64,000 nucleotides of DNA from Patescibacteria group bacterium (GTDB lineage: Bacteria; Patescibacteriota; Patescibacteriia; PEXW01): positions 39,234 through 103,233 of the forward strand of contig JBBTVB010000006.1 in NCBI GenBank assembly GCA_038063455.1. The letters are read 5' to 3'. This document shows positions 35,003-44,675 of this stretch, piece after piece. The notes under the pieces are model-generated. The model had not been told where the DNA came from. It searched no databases and saw only the letters and a list, made by a program, of their open reading frames with translations. A program made the translations under genes and the position numbers. The first letter of the stretch is position 1; every line of letters begins with the position of its first letter.

Positions 35003-37255
35003 ATGTCGAGTATAGAAAAACTTCTCATTTTCGATGCCACGCGGAGCCGGACGACCACCCACGTCTTCATTGGTCACCCTAGTCCTGCCGAAGAACGGAG
35101 CCTGGGAAAGCTCGGTTTTGTTGCGGAAATTGCCGGTAGCGACCGCATCTTCCAGGAATTACTGAGCCGGTTGCAGGAATTTGTGAAGACCGCCTACTAC
35201 ACCTCGCCCGAGGCCCATGCCGACGTGGCGTTTGAACACACCATCCAAGCCACCAACCGCTACCTCAGCGAACTGGTGGGTGATTTTGGGGCAGGCTGGG
35301 TAGACCGGTTCTCCATGGTCCTCTTCACGTTTCGCGACGGCGAGGTGCACTTTGCCGATGTCGGGCAGCTTGTCGGCTTCCTGTTTCACGAGAAACAGGT
35401 GGTGGAGTTGCTCGCCGGACGCCAGCGCACCAGCCGGGTAAACCCGCTAAAAATGTTTACCTCGATTGCGACGGGCACTATCAAAGGCCAAGACGCTATT
35501 GTTTTTGGCACGGCCAACTTGCTCGACTACTTCTCCGTCGACAAGCTCCGTCGAACCGTGGTGGAAATGCCATTGGGCGGCGCGGCCCGCCAGTTGGAAC
35601 TAGCGTTACGCAACGACCCTACCCACGCTGCCTTTGCCACGGTCATCTTGCAGACCCAGGCAGTGCCGGTGCAACCCGTGCACTACGAACCCGTACGGCA
35701 ACCAGCAACCCCCGGCGCGCCACAGCGCTCACTCGACAACATGCTGGCGCAGACTGCTCAAACCCAAGCCTTTCTCACCCCCTCGCTGTGGCCGGCAATC
35801 CGCCGAACCCTCAAGCGTGGCGGCCGTCGCGGCTTCGTGCTTTTCCGTGCCTTCGTATTACGAAAGCCCACCCGCGTTTCGCCCGTGCTAGAAAAAAAGA
35901 ACGATGATTTGGACGGGCCGGTGCAACCGCGCGGCTCGAATGTCGTCACTCCGCGCTCACGCGCTGTACAGCTGCTCCCAAAAGGCACGCTCCAAAAAAT
36001 CCCCTCGTTCTTGTGGCAGCGCGGCCAAGCTGTGCTCAAGGCGACCCCTGCTATTGTCGAACGGCTTCGGACTGCTACCCAACGGCTACGCCAAGCCCCC
36101 CGAGCGCTGCCGGCGATTGTGGAAGAGCGCGTCCAAAATGTGCGAGGACTGCCCCAGCGTAACCGCTTGTACTTCTACGGCGCGGCGGGCCTGGCCGTAC
36201 TCTTTGCCATAACCCTCATCGGCGTTGGCATCCAGCGCAACCATAGCGCCACCACCAAAACCCGAGCCGCAGCCATTACAACCATCGAGGAAAAAGTTGA
36301 CCAAGCAGCATCGAGTGTTATCTATGGCGATGAAGACCGCGCCCGCACTTTGCTGCAAGAAGCCCAAACGGCAATTAGCGCCTTGCCAGACAAATCGAAA
36401 AACGACAAAGCCACCCGCAGCCGCCTGATCGGATCGGTAGAAGCCGCCCAAGCGCAAATCCGCCACATCGTTACTACTGCGCCGAGCCCACTCGTATCTC
36501 TGGCCGCAGAGGCTCAACCGGTCGGCCTGGTTTTGCTCGGGTCAGCGCTCTACACTGTTGATACCAAAACCAATGCTTTGCTCAACATCAGCACGAACGA
36601 TAAAAAAGTAACCATTGCAACCACGCTCCCAGGCGACCCGGGCGTGCAAGCCTTAGCCACGTACGGCAGCGGCACGCTCATGGCCTTGGCCGCCAACTTG
36701 GACATCATCGAGCAGCGGCCAGCAGCCAAAACTGGCACGCGATCCGCGCTCGCCACCCCAAGCAGCAACCCCAACCTGGTCGGGTTAACCACCTACAATA
36801 GTGCTGTCTACGTTGCCGATGTGGCTAACAGCGCCCTATTGCGTGCCACCAAACGTGGCGCGGTTTTCCAGGCTGCGGCTTGGCTCAAGCAATCCGCCAC
36901 GCTCAGCAACGCCGTTGACCTGGTGGTCGATGGCTCTATTTACGTGGTTGCCAGCGACGGCACAGTCCAAAAGTTTACCCAGGGCCGGCGCGACCAGTTC
37001 GTCCTCTCGCCCGTTGACCCCGCCCTTAGCAGTGCCACCAAAATTGCCGGGGACGTGAACCTGCAGAACCTGTACATCCTCGACACGGCCAGCAAACGCA
37101 TTGCGGTCTTTACCAAAACCGGCAAGTTCGTTAACCAGTACGTCCACGACAGCCTGCAAAATGTAAGCGCATTTACCGTGGACGAGCGGACGCAAAAAAT
37201 ATACCTGCTTATCGGGAACGAGGCACACGTCTTGGCTATCCAAAAAACCAAATAG
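35003..37255 (+). CDS. Large membrane protein with extracytoplasmic beta-propeller (NHL-like repeats)
   Basis: 750 aa with a central TM (LYFYGAAGLAVLFAITLIGVGI). The C-terminal repeats read ...SAVYVADVANSALL..., ...SIYVVASDGTV... and LYILDTASKRIAVFTKTGKF. Confidence 0.45.
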   Translation: MSSIEKLLIFDATRSRTTTHVFIGHPSPAEERSLGKLGFVAEIAGSDRIFQELLSRLQEFVKTAYYTSPEAHADVAFEHTIQATNRYLSELVGDFGAGWVDRFSMVLFTFRDGEVHFADVGQLVGFLFHEKQVVELLAGRQRTSRVNPLKMFTSIATGTIKGQDAIVFGTANLLDYFSVDKLRRTVVEMPLGGAARQLELALRNDPTHAAFATVILQTQAVPVQPVHYEPVRQPATPGAPQRSLDNMLAQTAQTQAFLTPSLWPAIRRTLKRGGRRGFVLFRAFVLRKPTRVSPVLEKKNDDLDGPVQPRGSNVVTPRSRAVQLLPKGTLQKIPSFLWQRGQAVLKATPAIVERLRTATQRLRQAPRALPAIVEERVQNVRGLPQRNRLYFYGAAGLAVLFAITLIGVGIQRNHSATTKTRAAAITTIEEKVDQAASSVIYGDEDRARTLLQEAQTAISALPDKSKNDKATRSRLIGSVEAAQAQIRHIVTTAPSPLVSLAAEAQPVGLVLLGSALYTVDTKTNALLNISTNDKKVTIATTLPGDPGVQALATYGSGTLMALAANLDIIEQRPAAKTGTRSALATPSSNPNLVGLTTYNSAVYVADVANSALLRATKRGAVFQAAAWLKQSATLSNAVDLVVDGSIYVVASDGTVQKFTQGRRDQFVLSPVDPALSSATKIAGDVNLQNLYILDTASKRIAVFTKTGKFVNQYVHDSLQNVSAFTVDERTQKIYLLIGNEAHVLAIQKTK

Positions 37256-37285
37256 CTCTACTGCTCGGTCGGTACCCAGCACCAG

Positions 37286-38521
37286 TCACTCCATTCCGGT
37301 GCTGGGCGGGAGAATATCCACGCCGACGGTTTTGCGGAACCCAATGCGGTCTGGCGCATGGTGGTCATCCAGGCGCAGCAACTCGCCCTCCACAATCGTC
37401 TCCTCGCCATACTTGTTGTTAATGGCATCCATAGCGCGCGCCAGGGTGCTGGACTTTGGCTGGTGAAAAAGTGAGAGTTGGTTGGTTACCGTTCGCAAGC
37501 GAAAAAGCCCCACAGCATAAAATGTCGGGCAATCGTGTTCCACCCCCGGCTGGAGCATCTGCCACACTGCCCGAAACATCGCCCGTGTACTTGTTAAACC
37601 ATCACCAAGTTTTTTGCTGCCGCCAATGTTACCACGCTGTTCCAAACGAGCATGCCCGTACACGCCGTGGGCTTCTAGGCCGAGCTCCCGCAAGCGCCGA
37701 CCGGCCCGCTCGCACAGCCGCGCCACCAGACCTTTGTGGTAGTGCATATCCCGCGTCCGCAGCCGCAGCACGTGACTGTGGCCAATAGACTTTGGTTGTC
37801 GCGGCGTTTCCAGCTCACCCATTTCCACACCGTTTACATTGGCCCACAGCTCATAGCCCCGAATACCCAGGCTCTCCAGCATATTTACCGGCGACGCAGC
37901 CATGAGCTGGTCCAGAGTAAAAATGCCGAGCGCATGTAACCGGGCAGCTGTGGCCCCGGCAATCCCCCAAGCTTCCTGCACGTCACGGCCTTTCAGGTAC
38001 GCGGCAATATTCCCGCGGTGCAAAATAACCAGGTCGCCTTTCGGCGCAGTGTCACCACCAAATTTCGCCAACCAGCGCGTAGTGGCCACACCCATAGAAC
38101 ACGTCAGCCACTCACCTACTTCATCTATAATCCGCTGCTTGATTTCATAGCCGAGTTGGGCCGCGGCTTCCAGCGATGGGACCGATCCGGTGAGGTCAAG
38201 AAAGGCCTCATCAATGGAATAGGCTTCCATGGCTTCGCTATACTCGGCCAGAATCTGAAAAATCCGCTTGGTGGTGCTGCGGTACTTAGCTGGGTCGACT
38301 TCGACAAATTTTATGTGCGGGCAGCGCTGCCTTGCTTCATCGGCCCGCACCCCCGTACGGATACCAAAGGGTTTTGCCTCTTTTGAGGAAGCAAGCACGC
38401 AACCTTGCACGGTCATAGTGGCGAGCACCGCCACCGGCTTGCCACGCAAAAATGGATTCGCCTGCTGTTCCACCGAGGCGAAATATGAATTCATGTCTAA
38501 ATGGAGGATGACACGTTGCAT
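37286..38521 (-). CDS. dinB: DNA polymerase IV (Y-family, catalytically intact)
   Basis: The N-terminal motifs HLDMNSYFASVE, SIDEAFLD and the HhH motif identify it. It is 411 aa. Confidence 0.8.
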   Translation of the reverse strand: MQRVILHLDMNSYFASVEQQANPFLRGKPVAVLATMTVQGCVLASSKEAKPFGIRTGVRADEARQRCPHIKFVEVDPAKYRSTTKRIFQILAEYSEAMEAYSIDEAFLDLTGSVPSLEAAAQLGYEIKQRIIDEVGEWLTCSMGVATTRWLAKFGGDTAPKGDLVILHRGNIAAYLKGRDVQEAWGIAGATAARLHALGIFTLDQLMAASPVNMLESLGIRGYELWANVNGVEMGELETPRQPKSIGHSHVLRLRTRDMHYHKGLVARLCERAGRRLRELGLEAHGVYGHARLEQRGNIGGSKKLGDGLTSTRAMFRAVWQMLQPGVEHDCPTFYAVGLFRLRTVTNQLSLFHQPKSSTLARAMDAINNKYGEETIVEGELLRLDDHHAPDRIGFRKTVGVDILPPSTGME

Positions 38522-38605
38522 AGGCTATGCTAGCTTATAAGTAACCCTGTCTTTCACGGGATACCCTTGAACGGGTTGGGGGTCTGCATTCTACGGAATG
38601 CAGAC

Positions 38606-38640
38606 CTATTTTATTGGTCACAACCCCCCATCAAGAGCTA
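38606..38640 (+). terminator. Plus-strand hairpin GGTCTGCATTC-TACG-GAATGCAGACC + TATTTTATT (orphan terminator-like)
   Basis: It is a perfect 11-bp stem. No plus-strand CDS lies upstream. Confidence 0.4.
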
Positions 38641-38764
38641 CCCCAGTGCTCGCATTTGTACTATACTTTCTTTATAAAGCTCTTCCGTACTACCGGGAAA
38701 ACTTGAGTATCTTAACGAGGGGAAGGATCCTCAACAAACAACTTTAGTCAGGGAAGACGTGGCG

Positions 38765-38800
38765 TGGATGCAATTGTGTCCACGCCTTTTTTATTGGCCC
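38765..38800 (+). terminator. Plus-strand hairpin GGCGTGGA-N10-TCCACGCC + TTTTTTATT (orphan terminator-like)
   Basis: It has a strong U-tract, and no plus-strand CDS lies upstream. Confidence 0.45.
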
Positions 38801-39099
38801 TGCACCTCCTCCAGTATCCACTCCAGGCTTTCGGGGTTGTAGGCCAGCACGTAGCTATTCGCTGCATCTGACACGGCAAAGCACCAGTCATAGCCCTTTC
38901 CCCGCCGCCGCTGGTACACCAGGTTCACGCTAGCCACGTCGTAGCGCCGGCCACCCCAAAAGAAAGCTTTGGGCTGGATCTGCTTGCCGTTGAAGTCAAC
39001 GAAGACCCGAACCGGCGCATGGGGTTGTTCGTGGAAAACCAGCATATATGTGCCTTCTAGCATAACCGAATAAAAGCCGAAAGTCAAGAATAACAACAT
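38791..39099 (-). CDS. Hypothetical protein
   Basis: 102 aa ORF with an N-terminal hydrophobic segment. Confidence 0.3.
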   Translation of the reverse strand: MLLFLTFGFYSVMLEGTYMLVFHEQPHAPVRVFVDFNGKQIQPKAFFWGGRRYDVASVNLVYQRRRGKGYDWCFAVSDAANSYVLAYNPESLEWILEEVQGQ

Positions 39100-39207
39100 T
39101 ACTCCTAAACCCCAGAAAAAAATAAAGTAACTCGCTAAAAATCTAGACTATTGCTACTATTGAAGCAAATAGACAAGGCCAAAAATCTTTGAAAAGGAGT
39201 GTTATGA

Positions 39208-39678
39208 ATGAAACCTGAACGAGGCTTATTAGTTATTCCCTACTGGCTATATGCCCTGGTAGAGGCTGGCGGTTACTGGCTATTTGGATTCACGATCCTC
39301 GCCTCAATTTCGTTAGTGCCAGATTTTAACGCATGGCCCGCGGGGCCCTCAATAGGAGAAGGAGCTACTCTCTTATCGGTTTCGGGGCTGATGGCTCTAG
39401 GGTTTATTGGGCCCCCAATGATCGCGGGACTGCTTGTGGAGAAAGTTCTTCAAACCAAAAATGTGTGGTACTACAGACTAAGAAAAATAGTATTGCTAAT
39501 ACTATTTTGTATCTGTGCGTGTGTTTGGCTACTACTCATAGGTCATGATCCCATCGACATTAATTTTTTGATGCTGAGGGGGCTGATCACATTGCTTATT
39601 GGCATTTTCATGACAGGCAGACTACTACGCCTTATGGTGCCAGACCAAGGTTGGAGAGCTTCTATTGCTATTTTTTAG
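39208..39678 (+). CDS. Integral membrane protein, unknown function
   Basis: 156 aa with 4-5 TM helices. The RBS is aaaaggagtg. Confidence 0.45.
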   Translation: MKPERGLLVIPYWLYALVEAGGYWLFGFTILASISLVPDFNAWPAGPSIGEGATLLSVSGLMALGFIGPPMIAGLLVEKVLQTKNVWYYRLRKIVLLILFCICACVWLLLIGHDPIDINFLMLRGLITLLIGIFMTGRLLRLMVPDQGWRASIAIF

Positions 39679-39682
39679 AATC

Positions 39683-39715
39683 AAAAAGCCATCTCTGTAT
39701 GAGATGGCTTTTTCT
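39683..39715. terminator. Bidirectional rho-independent terminator (AAAGCCATCTC-N5-GAGATGGCTTT + TTCTATTTG)
   Basis: It lies between convergent genes 39208-39678 (+) and rplL (-). Confidence 0.6.
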
Positions 39716-39729
39716 ATTTGACGGAATAC

Positions 39730-40140
39730 TTACTTCAGCGTTACTGTGGCGCCGGCTTCTTCGAGCTTCTTCTTCAGCTCGTCAGCTTCTTCCTTGGTAG
39801 CATTCGCTTTCACGACCTTCGGCGCGGCGTCGGCCATGTCCTTGGCTTCTTTCAAGCCCTGGCCCGTAGCTTCACGGAGCACCTTGATGACGGCAATCTT
39901 GCTGCCACCGGCGCTGGTGAGCTCCACATTGAACGTGGACTTCTCTTCGCCAGCTTCAGCAGCTGCACCACCGGCGGCCGGCATAGCACCCATCATCATG
40001 GGGGCGGCAGCGGACACACCAAACTTCTCTTCCAGCACTTTCACGAGTTCAGAGAGGTCTAGCACGGAGAGCTTTTCAATTTGCTCTACCAGGGCTTTGA
40101 ACTTCTCCGGCACTTCGACGACTTTCTGTTCATCGGACAT
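39730..40140 (-). CDS. rplL: 50S ribosomal protein L7/L12
   Basis: It has an Ala/Gly-rich hinge and a C-terminal domain (...[27 protein letters not shown]...). Confidence 0.9.
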   Translation of the reverse strand: MSDEQKVVEVPEKFKALVEQIEKLSVLDLSELVKVLEEKFGVSAAAPMMMGAMPAAGGAAAEAGEEKSTFNVELTSAGGSKIAVIKVLREATGQGLKEAKDMADAAPKVVKANATKEEADELKKKLEEAGATVTLK

Positions 40141-40176
40141 ACGAGTATGGGTTAATGAGTGAATGAATGAGTAAAA

Positions 40177-40701
40177 TTATGCAACCTTCTCCGCTTTGCC
40201 CTTGAGCACCTGAACAAACCCGCGCATGGGGCCAGCCAGCACATTGGCAAAGCTGGTGAGCGGCGCCTTGATGGTCCAGACAACTTTGGCAATGAGTTCT
40301 TGCTTGCTGGGTAGCTTGGCCAGACTCGTCACTTGCGCGGCGGTCATCCAGCTGCCGTTGAGAATACCGGCAACAAACTTGAGACTCTTGTTGGTCTTGG
40401 CAAAGGCGTGCAGGATGCTGGCGGGCTGGACTTCGTCTTCCACCCCGAAAGCGACACCGACGTTGCCACGGAAAGCCGCGAGCGGCGCGACATCCAGCTT
40501 CTGCGCTTCCAGTGCTTTCTTAAGAATGGTTTTCTTTATCCCGATAAAGGTAATATTTGCGGCGCGCAGATTCTTGCGCAGCACGGTAATATCTTTGACC
40601 GTAATACCATCAACCGCGGTGAACACGGCAACTTTCATGCTACCAAGATTGTCTTGGAAGACCTTGAGGCTGACTTCTTTTTGCTGGCGGGATTTTGCCA
40701 T
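40177..40701 (-). CDS. rplJ: 50S ribosomal protein L10
   Basis: It is the L10 family, upstream of rplL, with the start chosen at MAKSRQQKEV. Confidence 0.85.
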   Translation of the reverse strand: MAKSRQQKEVSLKVFQDNLGSMKVAVFTAVDGITVKDITVLRKNLRAANITFIGIKKTILKKALEAQKLDVAPLAAFRGNVGVAFGVEDEVQPASILHAFAKTNKSLKFVAGILNGSWMTAAQVTSLAKLPSKQELIAKVVWTIKAPLTSFANVLAGPMRGFVQVLKGKAEKVA

Positions 40702-40997
40702 AGTGTGGGATAAAAAAATCTGGGGTTGGACCACAGACGTTGTAACAAGCCGCCCTGAGGGTGGCTCGTGGCATGTCCTGCGTAGGATTTCCGCCCCTTT
40801 TCTCTGGGGCTACCGTACGGTCTGTGGCTGCCAAAAAGACTGTACCAGGTGTTCCAGCGACTGTCAAATAATGAGCCCCCGCTTACATGCCGAACCTTAA
40901 TTGCATGCAGCCAGGGGCTTACCTGTTATTGCAATAAACAGGTACGTTCGTAGTGAACGCACCTCGAGCCTAACATACACTACAACAGGGTCAAGCA
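40702..40997 (-). promoter_or_regulatory. rplJ 5' leader (candidate L10 autoregulatory leader)
   Basis: About 290-bp noncoding leader upstream of rplJ. By analogy to L10(L12)4 leaders in other bacteria; the structure was not verified. Confidence 0.3.
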
Positions 40998-41690
40998 TTA
41001 CTCAATAGTTGTCCCTTTGGCGGGCTGCCCAACAAAATGTTTCTTCAAGTTTGCCAGGTCTGAACCCCGGGTAATAATCACCTTCATCCCCCATTGGGCG
41101 GCCCACTTGCTGGCCACGGGGTCAAACGGCACATGTGCGCCTGGGTCCCAGTGCGTGCCCACGAGTTTGACCAAGGTCTTCCAGCTCATGCGCTTGATAG
41201 GCTTGGCATTTTTTTTCTTGCGCGGGTCGGCATCGTAGACCCAGTCGATATTCGATAGGTTTAAAATAGTCTGCGCGCCATAGGCTTTGGCCAGCAGGAC
41301 GGCATCGTAGTCGGTTGATGAACCTGGCTTAAAACCGGCGGCAACAATTATTTCCGAGCGAATTTTTGGATTAATTTTTTTACGGTCCGTAATAATCTGC
41401 GGGTAGGCATGTTTGCGAAAAATAGTACGCAACAAGTGGGCGTTAAGCCGCGTGGCGTGGATGCCGAGCCAGTCTAAATCGATAGGCGTAAGCGTGCTAA
41501 TTTTTCGCGCTGCATGCTGGTAGCGCCGGGCCGTGCGGCCGCCGCCGATGATGAGGATAAAGCGCTGACCGCGCCGCAGCTGCTGTTCAATCAACTTTTT
41601 AAAAGCCTTCAGAAAACCTACTTCGATCTCTTCCGGCACGACAAGTGAGCCGCCCAGGGAAATGACAATCGGTGGTTTTGGTGTTGGCAT
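40998..41690 (-). CDS. Amino-acid-kinase-family protein, UMP kinase (PyrH)-like
   Basis: IVISLGGSLVVP...ILIIGGGRTARRY...IVAAGFKPGSSTDYDAVLLA has the AAK fold characteristic of uridylate kinase. Confidence 0.55.
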   Translation of the reverse strand: MPTPKPPIVISLGGSLVVPEEIEVGFLKAFKKLIEQQLRRGQRFILIIGGGRTARRYQHAARKISTLTPIDLDWLGIHATRLNAHLLRTIFRKHAYPQIITDRKKINPKIRSEIIVAAGFKPGSSTDYDAVLLAKAYGAQTILNLSNIDWVYDADPRKKKNAKPIKRMSWKTLVKLVGTHWDPGAHVPFDPVASKWAAQWGMKVIITRGSDLANLKKHFVGQPAKGTTIE

Positions 41691-41692
41691 AG

Positions 41693-42718
41693 TTATTGCA
41701 AGTACTTACGCTTATTGACTAGGTGCTCCTCGTAGGTTTTGCTAAAAATTGTTTCGCCTTCCGGAGTCGTAAGAAAAAACAGGTAGGCCGACGCCTGGGG
41801 GTTTGCCGTGGCACGAATGGCGGACAGGCTGGGGTTGCCAATTGGCCCCGGAGGCAGACCTCGATGTTTGTAGGTGTTGTACGCCGAATTTGCCGAAAGG
41901 TCTGCAAGGGTTGGCTGCAGCGCCTGTTTGCCGGTAACGTAGTTGACCGTGGCATCGGACTGCAAGGCAATGCCCAGGCGCATGCGCTCCAGGAAGATAC
42001 CGGCGGCGATGCGTCGGTCAACATCTGTGCGGACCTCCTGGTCCACGATACTGGCCAGGGTAAGGACGTCAAAAATCGTCCGGCGTTGGGTGCGAATATC
42101 TGCCAGGATGGTGCTGGAAACTTTGGCTTCAAAATTATCCAGAAATTTGGTCACGACGTGCGCCGCCGTAGCATCGGTGAAAAAACGGTAGGTATCGGGG
42201 AAGAGATAGCCCTCCAGGGTTGCACTGGCGGGTTTATCGCGTAGGAAATCGTAGGTGCGGTCGGGCGCCACGGTGCGCGAGTCGGTAGTTTGCACCGCAG
42301 CTAAAAAATCGGCAGCTGGAAGCACGTCGGCTTTTTCCAGCAGGACGGCAACTTCCTTGGCGGTAGCAGATTCCGGCACACGCACGCTCACTTCTTCGGC
42401 AGCGGGCGTTGTAGTCAGCAGGTTGATGATAGCGCGCGTGCTGGCAGCCGGCGGGATGGTAAAGTCCCCGGTGAGAAAATTGCTGCGCGCCCCATCGAAA
42501 TACACGTGGGCTTTAAAAATAGTTATGGAACGAATAAGCTTCTGGCTTTCTAGACGTTTGGCAATGTCGGTCACACTTTCGCCGCTGGCAATAGTAAACG
42601 TGGTTGGTGCGGCGCTAGCGCCCGGCGCGTCAACCAAGCGGAGAAAACCAATAACAATCAGCGCAAAGAGTATGAGGAGAGTGTACGAGAGGTGAAAAAA
42701 AACGCGCTTGGCGGTCAT
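41693..42718 (-). CDS. mltG: Endolytic murein transglycosylase MltG (YceG-like)
   Basis: It has an N-terminal TM and the C-terminal motif YNTYKHRGLPPGPIGNPSLSAIRATANP. Confidence 0.75.
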   Translation of the reverse strand: MTAKRVFFHLSYTLLILFALIVIGFLRLVDAPGASAAPTTFTIASGESVTDIAKRLESQKLIRSITIFKAHVYFDGARSNFLTGDFTIPPAASTRAIINLLTTTPAAEEVSVRVPESATAKEVAVLLEKADVLPAADFLAAVQTTDSRTVAPDRTYDFLRDKPASATLEGYLFPDTYRFFTDATAAHVVTKFLDNFEAKVSSTILADIRTQRRTIFDVLTLASIVDQEVRTDVDRRIAAGIFLERMRLGIALQSDATVNYVTGKQALQPTLADLSANSAYNTYKHRGLPPGPIGNPSLSAIRATANPQASAYLFFLTTPEGETIFSKTYEEHLVNKRKYLQ

Positions 42719-43788
42719 AGTAGTTTTTTCAGTTTCCGTGCCTTCAGCTCATCAACCAGCTTCTTCACATCCTGCGCGCGGTCAGCCGGGACCACCAGCA
42801 AGGCGTCGTCCATATCCACGATAATCAAATCTTGCACGCCGGCGGTGGCGATAATCCGTTTGGTGTAGCTGTAAATAAGCGAGTTTCTCGCCGTGCCAAT
42901 GTGGTTGCCACGAATGACGTTGACCTTCTTGCCACCTTGCAGCACGTCGCGCACGGTGCGCCAGTGGCCCACGTCGGCCCAGCCCAAATCTACCGGCAGC
43001 ACGTACATGTGCTTGAGTTTTTCCATAATGCCGTAGTCAATGGAAATGGGTGCCATCTTCGGGAACTCACGCTTGATGACAGCCGCCTGGCTGGGTGTGC
43101 CAAGGGCCCTCTGGATGCGCATGAGCACGGCGTAGTGCTTGGGCAAGTGCTGCTGGAAAAGGTCGAGCAAGGTTTGCGCGCGCCAGACGAACATAGCCGG
43201 ATTCCACAAGTACTCCCACTGCTTCAAATATTTTTGCGCGGTTGCCAGGTCAGGTTTTTCAATAAATGCACCAACGTGAAACACTTCCTGCTTGCCCACG
43301 CGCATGGCCGAGCGACCCATTTTAATGTAGCCGTAGCCCGTCTCGGGGTAGGTTGGGTTCACACCCAGCAGCGTCACCGTGTGCGGGTGGGCCCGGACGA
43401 CCTTTTCTGCCGCCTTGAGTGCAGCATGGAAGGCGGCGTCTTTTTCGATGTAGTGGTCGACGTTGGCGGTAACAAAAATGGCTTCGGGGTTCCGCTTGGC
43501 CAGCCAGGCCGCAGCTAAGCCAAGTGCTGGCGCAGTATCACGCTTGGCTGGTTCAATAATGTAGTGGCTGGCTGGGACCTTGGGCAGCTGCCGGGCAATG
43601 AGCTTTTGCTGGGTGCTATTGGTCGAAACAAAAATATGGCTTGGCCCAAAACCTTTGCGCATGCGCTGGTAGGTTTTTTCGAGCAAGGTGTGCTTGCCCA
43701 AGAACGGCTGGAACTGCTTGGGGTTTGCCGTGCGTGAGACGGGCCACAACCGCGTGCCGCCGCCGCCGGCGAGTATAACAACGTCCAT
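42715..43788 (-). CDS. Mannose-1-phosphate guanylyltransferase (NTP-transferase family)
   Basis: MDVVILAGGGGTRLWPVSRTANPKQF gives the sugar-nucleotidyltransferase G-rich loop. The ORF-track N-terminal extension is not conserved-looking. Confidence 0.7.
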   Translation of the reverse strand: MDVVILAGGGGTRLWPVSRTANPKQFQPFLGKHTLLEKTYQRMRKGFGPSHIFVSTNSTQQKLIARQLPKVPASHYIIEPAKRDTAPALGLAAAWLAKRNPEAIFVTANVDHYIEKDAAFHAALKAAEKVVRAHPHTVTLLGVNPTYPETGYGYIKMGRSAMRVGKQEVFHVGAFIEKPDLATAQKYLKQWEYLWNPAMFVWRAQTLLDLFQQHLPKHYAVLMRIQRALGTPSQAAVIKREFPKMAPISIDYGIMEKLKHMYVLPVDLGWADVGHWRTVRDVLQGGKKVNVIRGNHIGTARNSLIYSYTKRIIATAGVQDLIIVDMDDALLVVPADRAQDVKKLVDELKARKLKKLL

Positions 43789-43792
43789 AAAT

Positions 43793-44425
43793 TTAGAGGT
43801 GATGGTCGTGGGAGACGAGCGGGACGAATTGAAAACCCGGGTGATGCTCTTCGTGCAAGGGGCCGTTGTCTGGCTTGGTAACCACCACCAAATCTTGCAG
43901 GTCGCCCCCGATAGGAATGACGAGCCGGCCACCGCGCACCAACTGCGCGGTGAGCGCCGAGGGCACACTCGGCGCGGCGGCCGACACAATGATTCGGTTG
44001 TAGGGGGCATGCCGCGGCAAACCCTGCCAGCCGTTCCCCCATCGCACATCGACGTTCTTCAGGTGGTAGGGCTGCAAGTGCTCTTTGGTAAGATCGACGA
44101 GTTCTGGCAGCACGTCAATGGCATACACTTGCCCGGTGGTGCCGGCCAGCGCGGCGAGGAGCCCGGTGAGCCACCCTGACCCGCAGCCAACTTCGAGAAT
44201 CCGATCGCCAGGTTGCACCTGCAGCAGCTCCAGCATTATGGCCACCGTCGATGGCTGGGAAATTGTTTGGTTGTAGCCAATTGGCAGCGGTGCATCTTCG
44301 TAGGCATTAGCTTGCAATTCTTCATGGACAAAGTCATTGCGCCGAATGCTGTTGAACGCGGCAATAACCGGGTCGGTGTGGAGCACGCCCTGGCCAATGA
44401 GTTCGCGAACAAGCTTCTCTTGCAT
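43793..44425 (-). CDS. pcm: Protein-L-isoaspartate O-methyltransferase
   Basis: NQTISQPSTVAIMLELLQVQPGDRILEVGCGSGWLTGLLA are the PCMT motifs. The start is chosen at MQEKLVRELI. Confidence 0.8.
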   Translation of the reverse strand: MQEKLVRELIGQGVLHTDPVIAAFNSIRRNDFVHEELQANAYEDAPLPIGYNQTISQPSTVAIMLELLQVQPGDRILEVGCGSGWLTGLLAALAGTTGQVYAIDVLPELVDLTKEHLQPYHLKNVDVRWGNGWQGLPRHAPYNRIIVSAAAPSVPSALTAQLVRGGRLVIPIGGDLQDLVVVTKPDNGPLHEEHHPGFQFVPLVSHDHHL

Positions 44426-44513
44426 GAGGGCAGTATACCATGCGGATATTGACGCCAAGATACACTTGTAATACTGCTGATTGTTCGTTACACTCCTATC
44501 GCACAATTCCTAC

Positions 44514-44587
44514 TCCGGGATCGTCTAATGGTAGGACATGGGCCTTTGAAGCCCAGTATCTTGGTTCGAGTCCAAGTCCCGGAACCA
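44514..44587 (+). tRNA. tRNA-Gln (anticodon UUG)
   Basis: Cloverleaf: acceptor TCCGGGA/TCCCGGA, anticodon stem-loop TGGGC-CTTTGAA-GCCCA, T-arm CTTGG-TTCGAGT-CCAAG. CCA is encoded. Confidence 0.8.
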
Positions 44588-44675
44588 AGACAATTGACCT
44601 CTACACATTTAGAGTGCAATCGCCTTGATACAACAGAAACCAAAAAAACTCAAAAAATGGAGGGGAGAAAATTGA

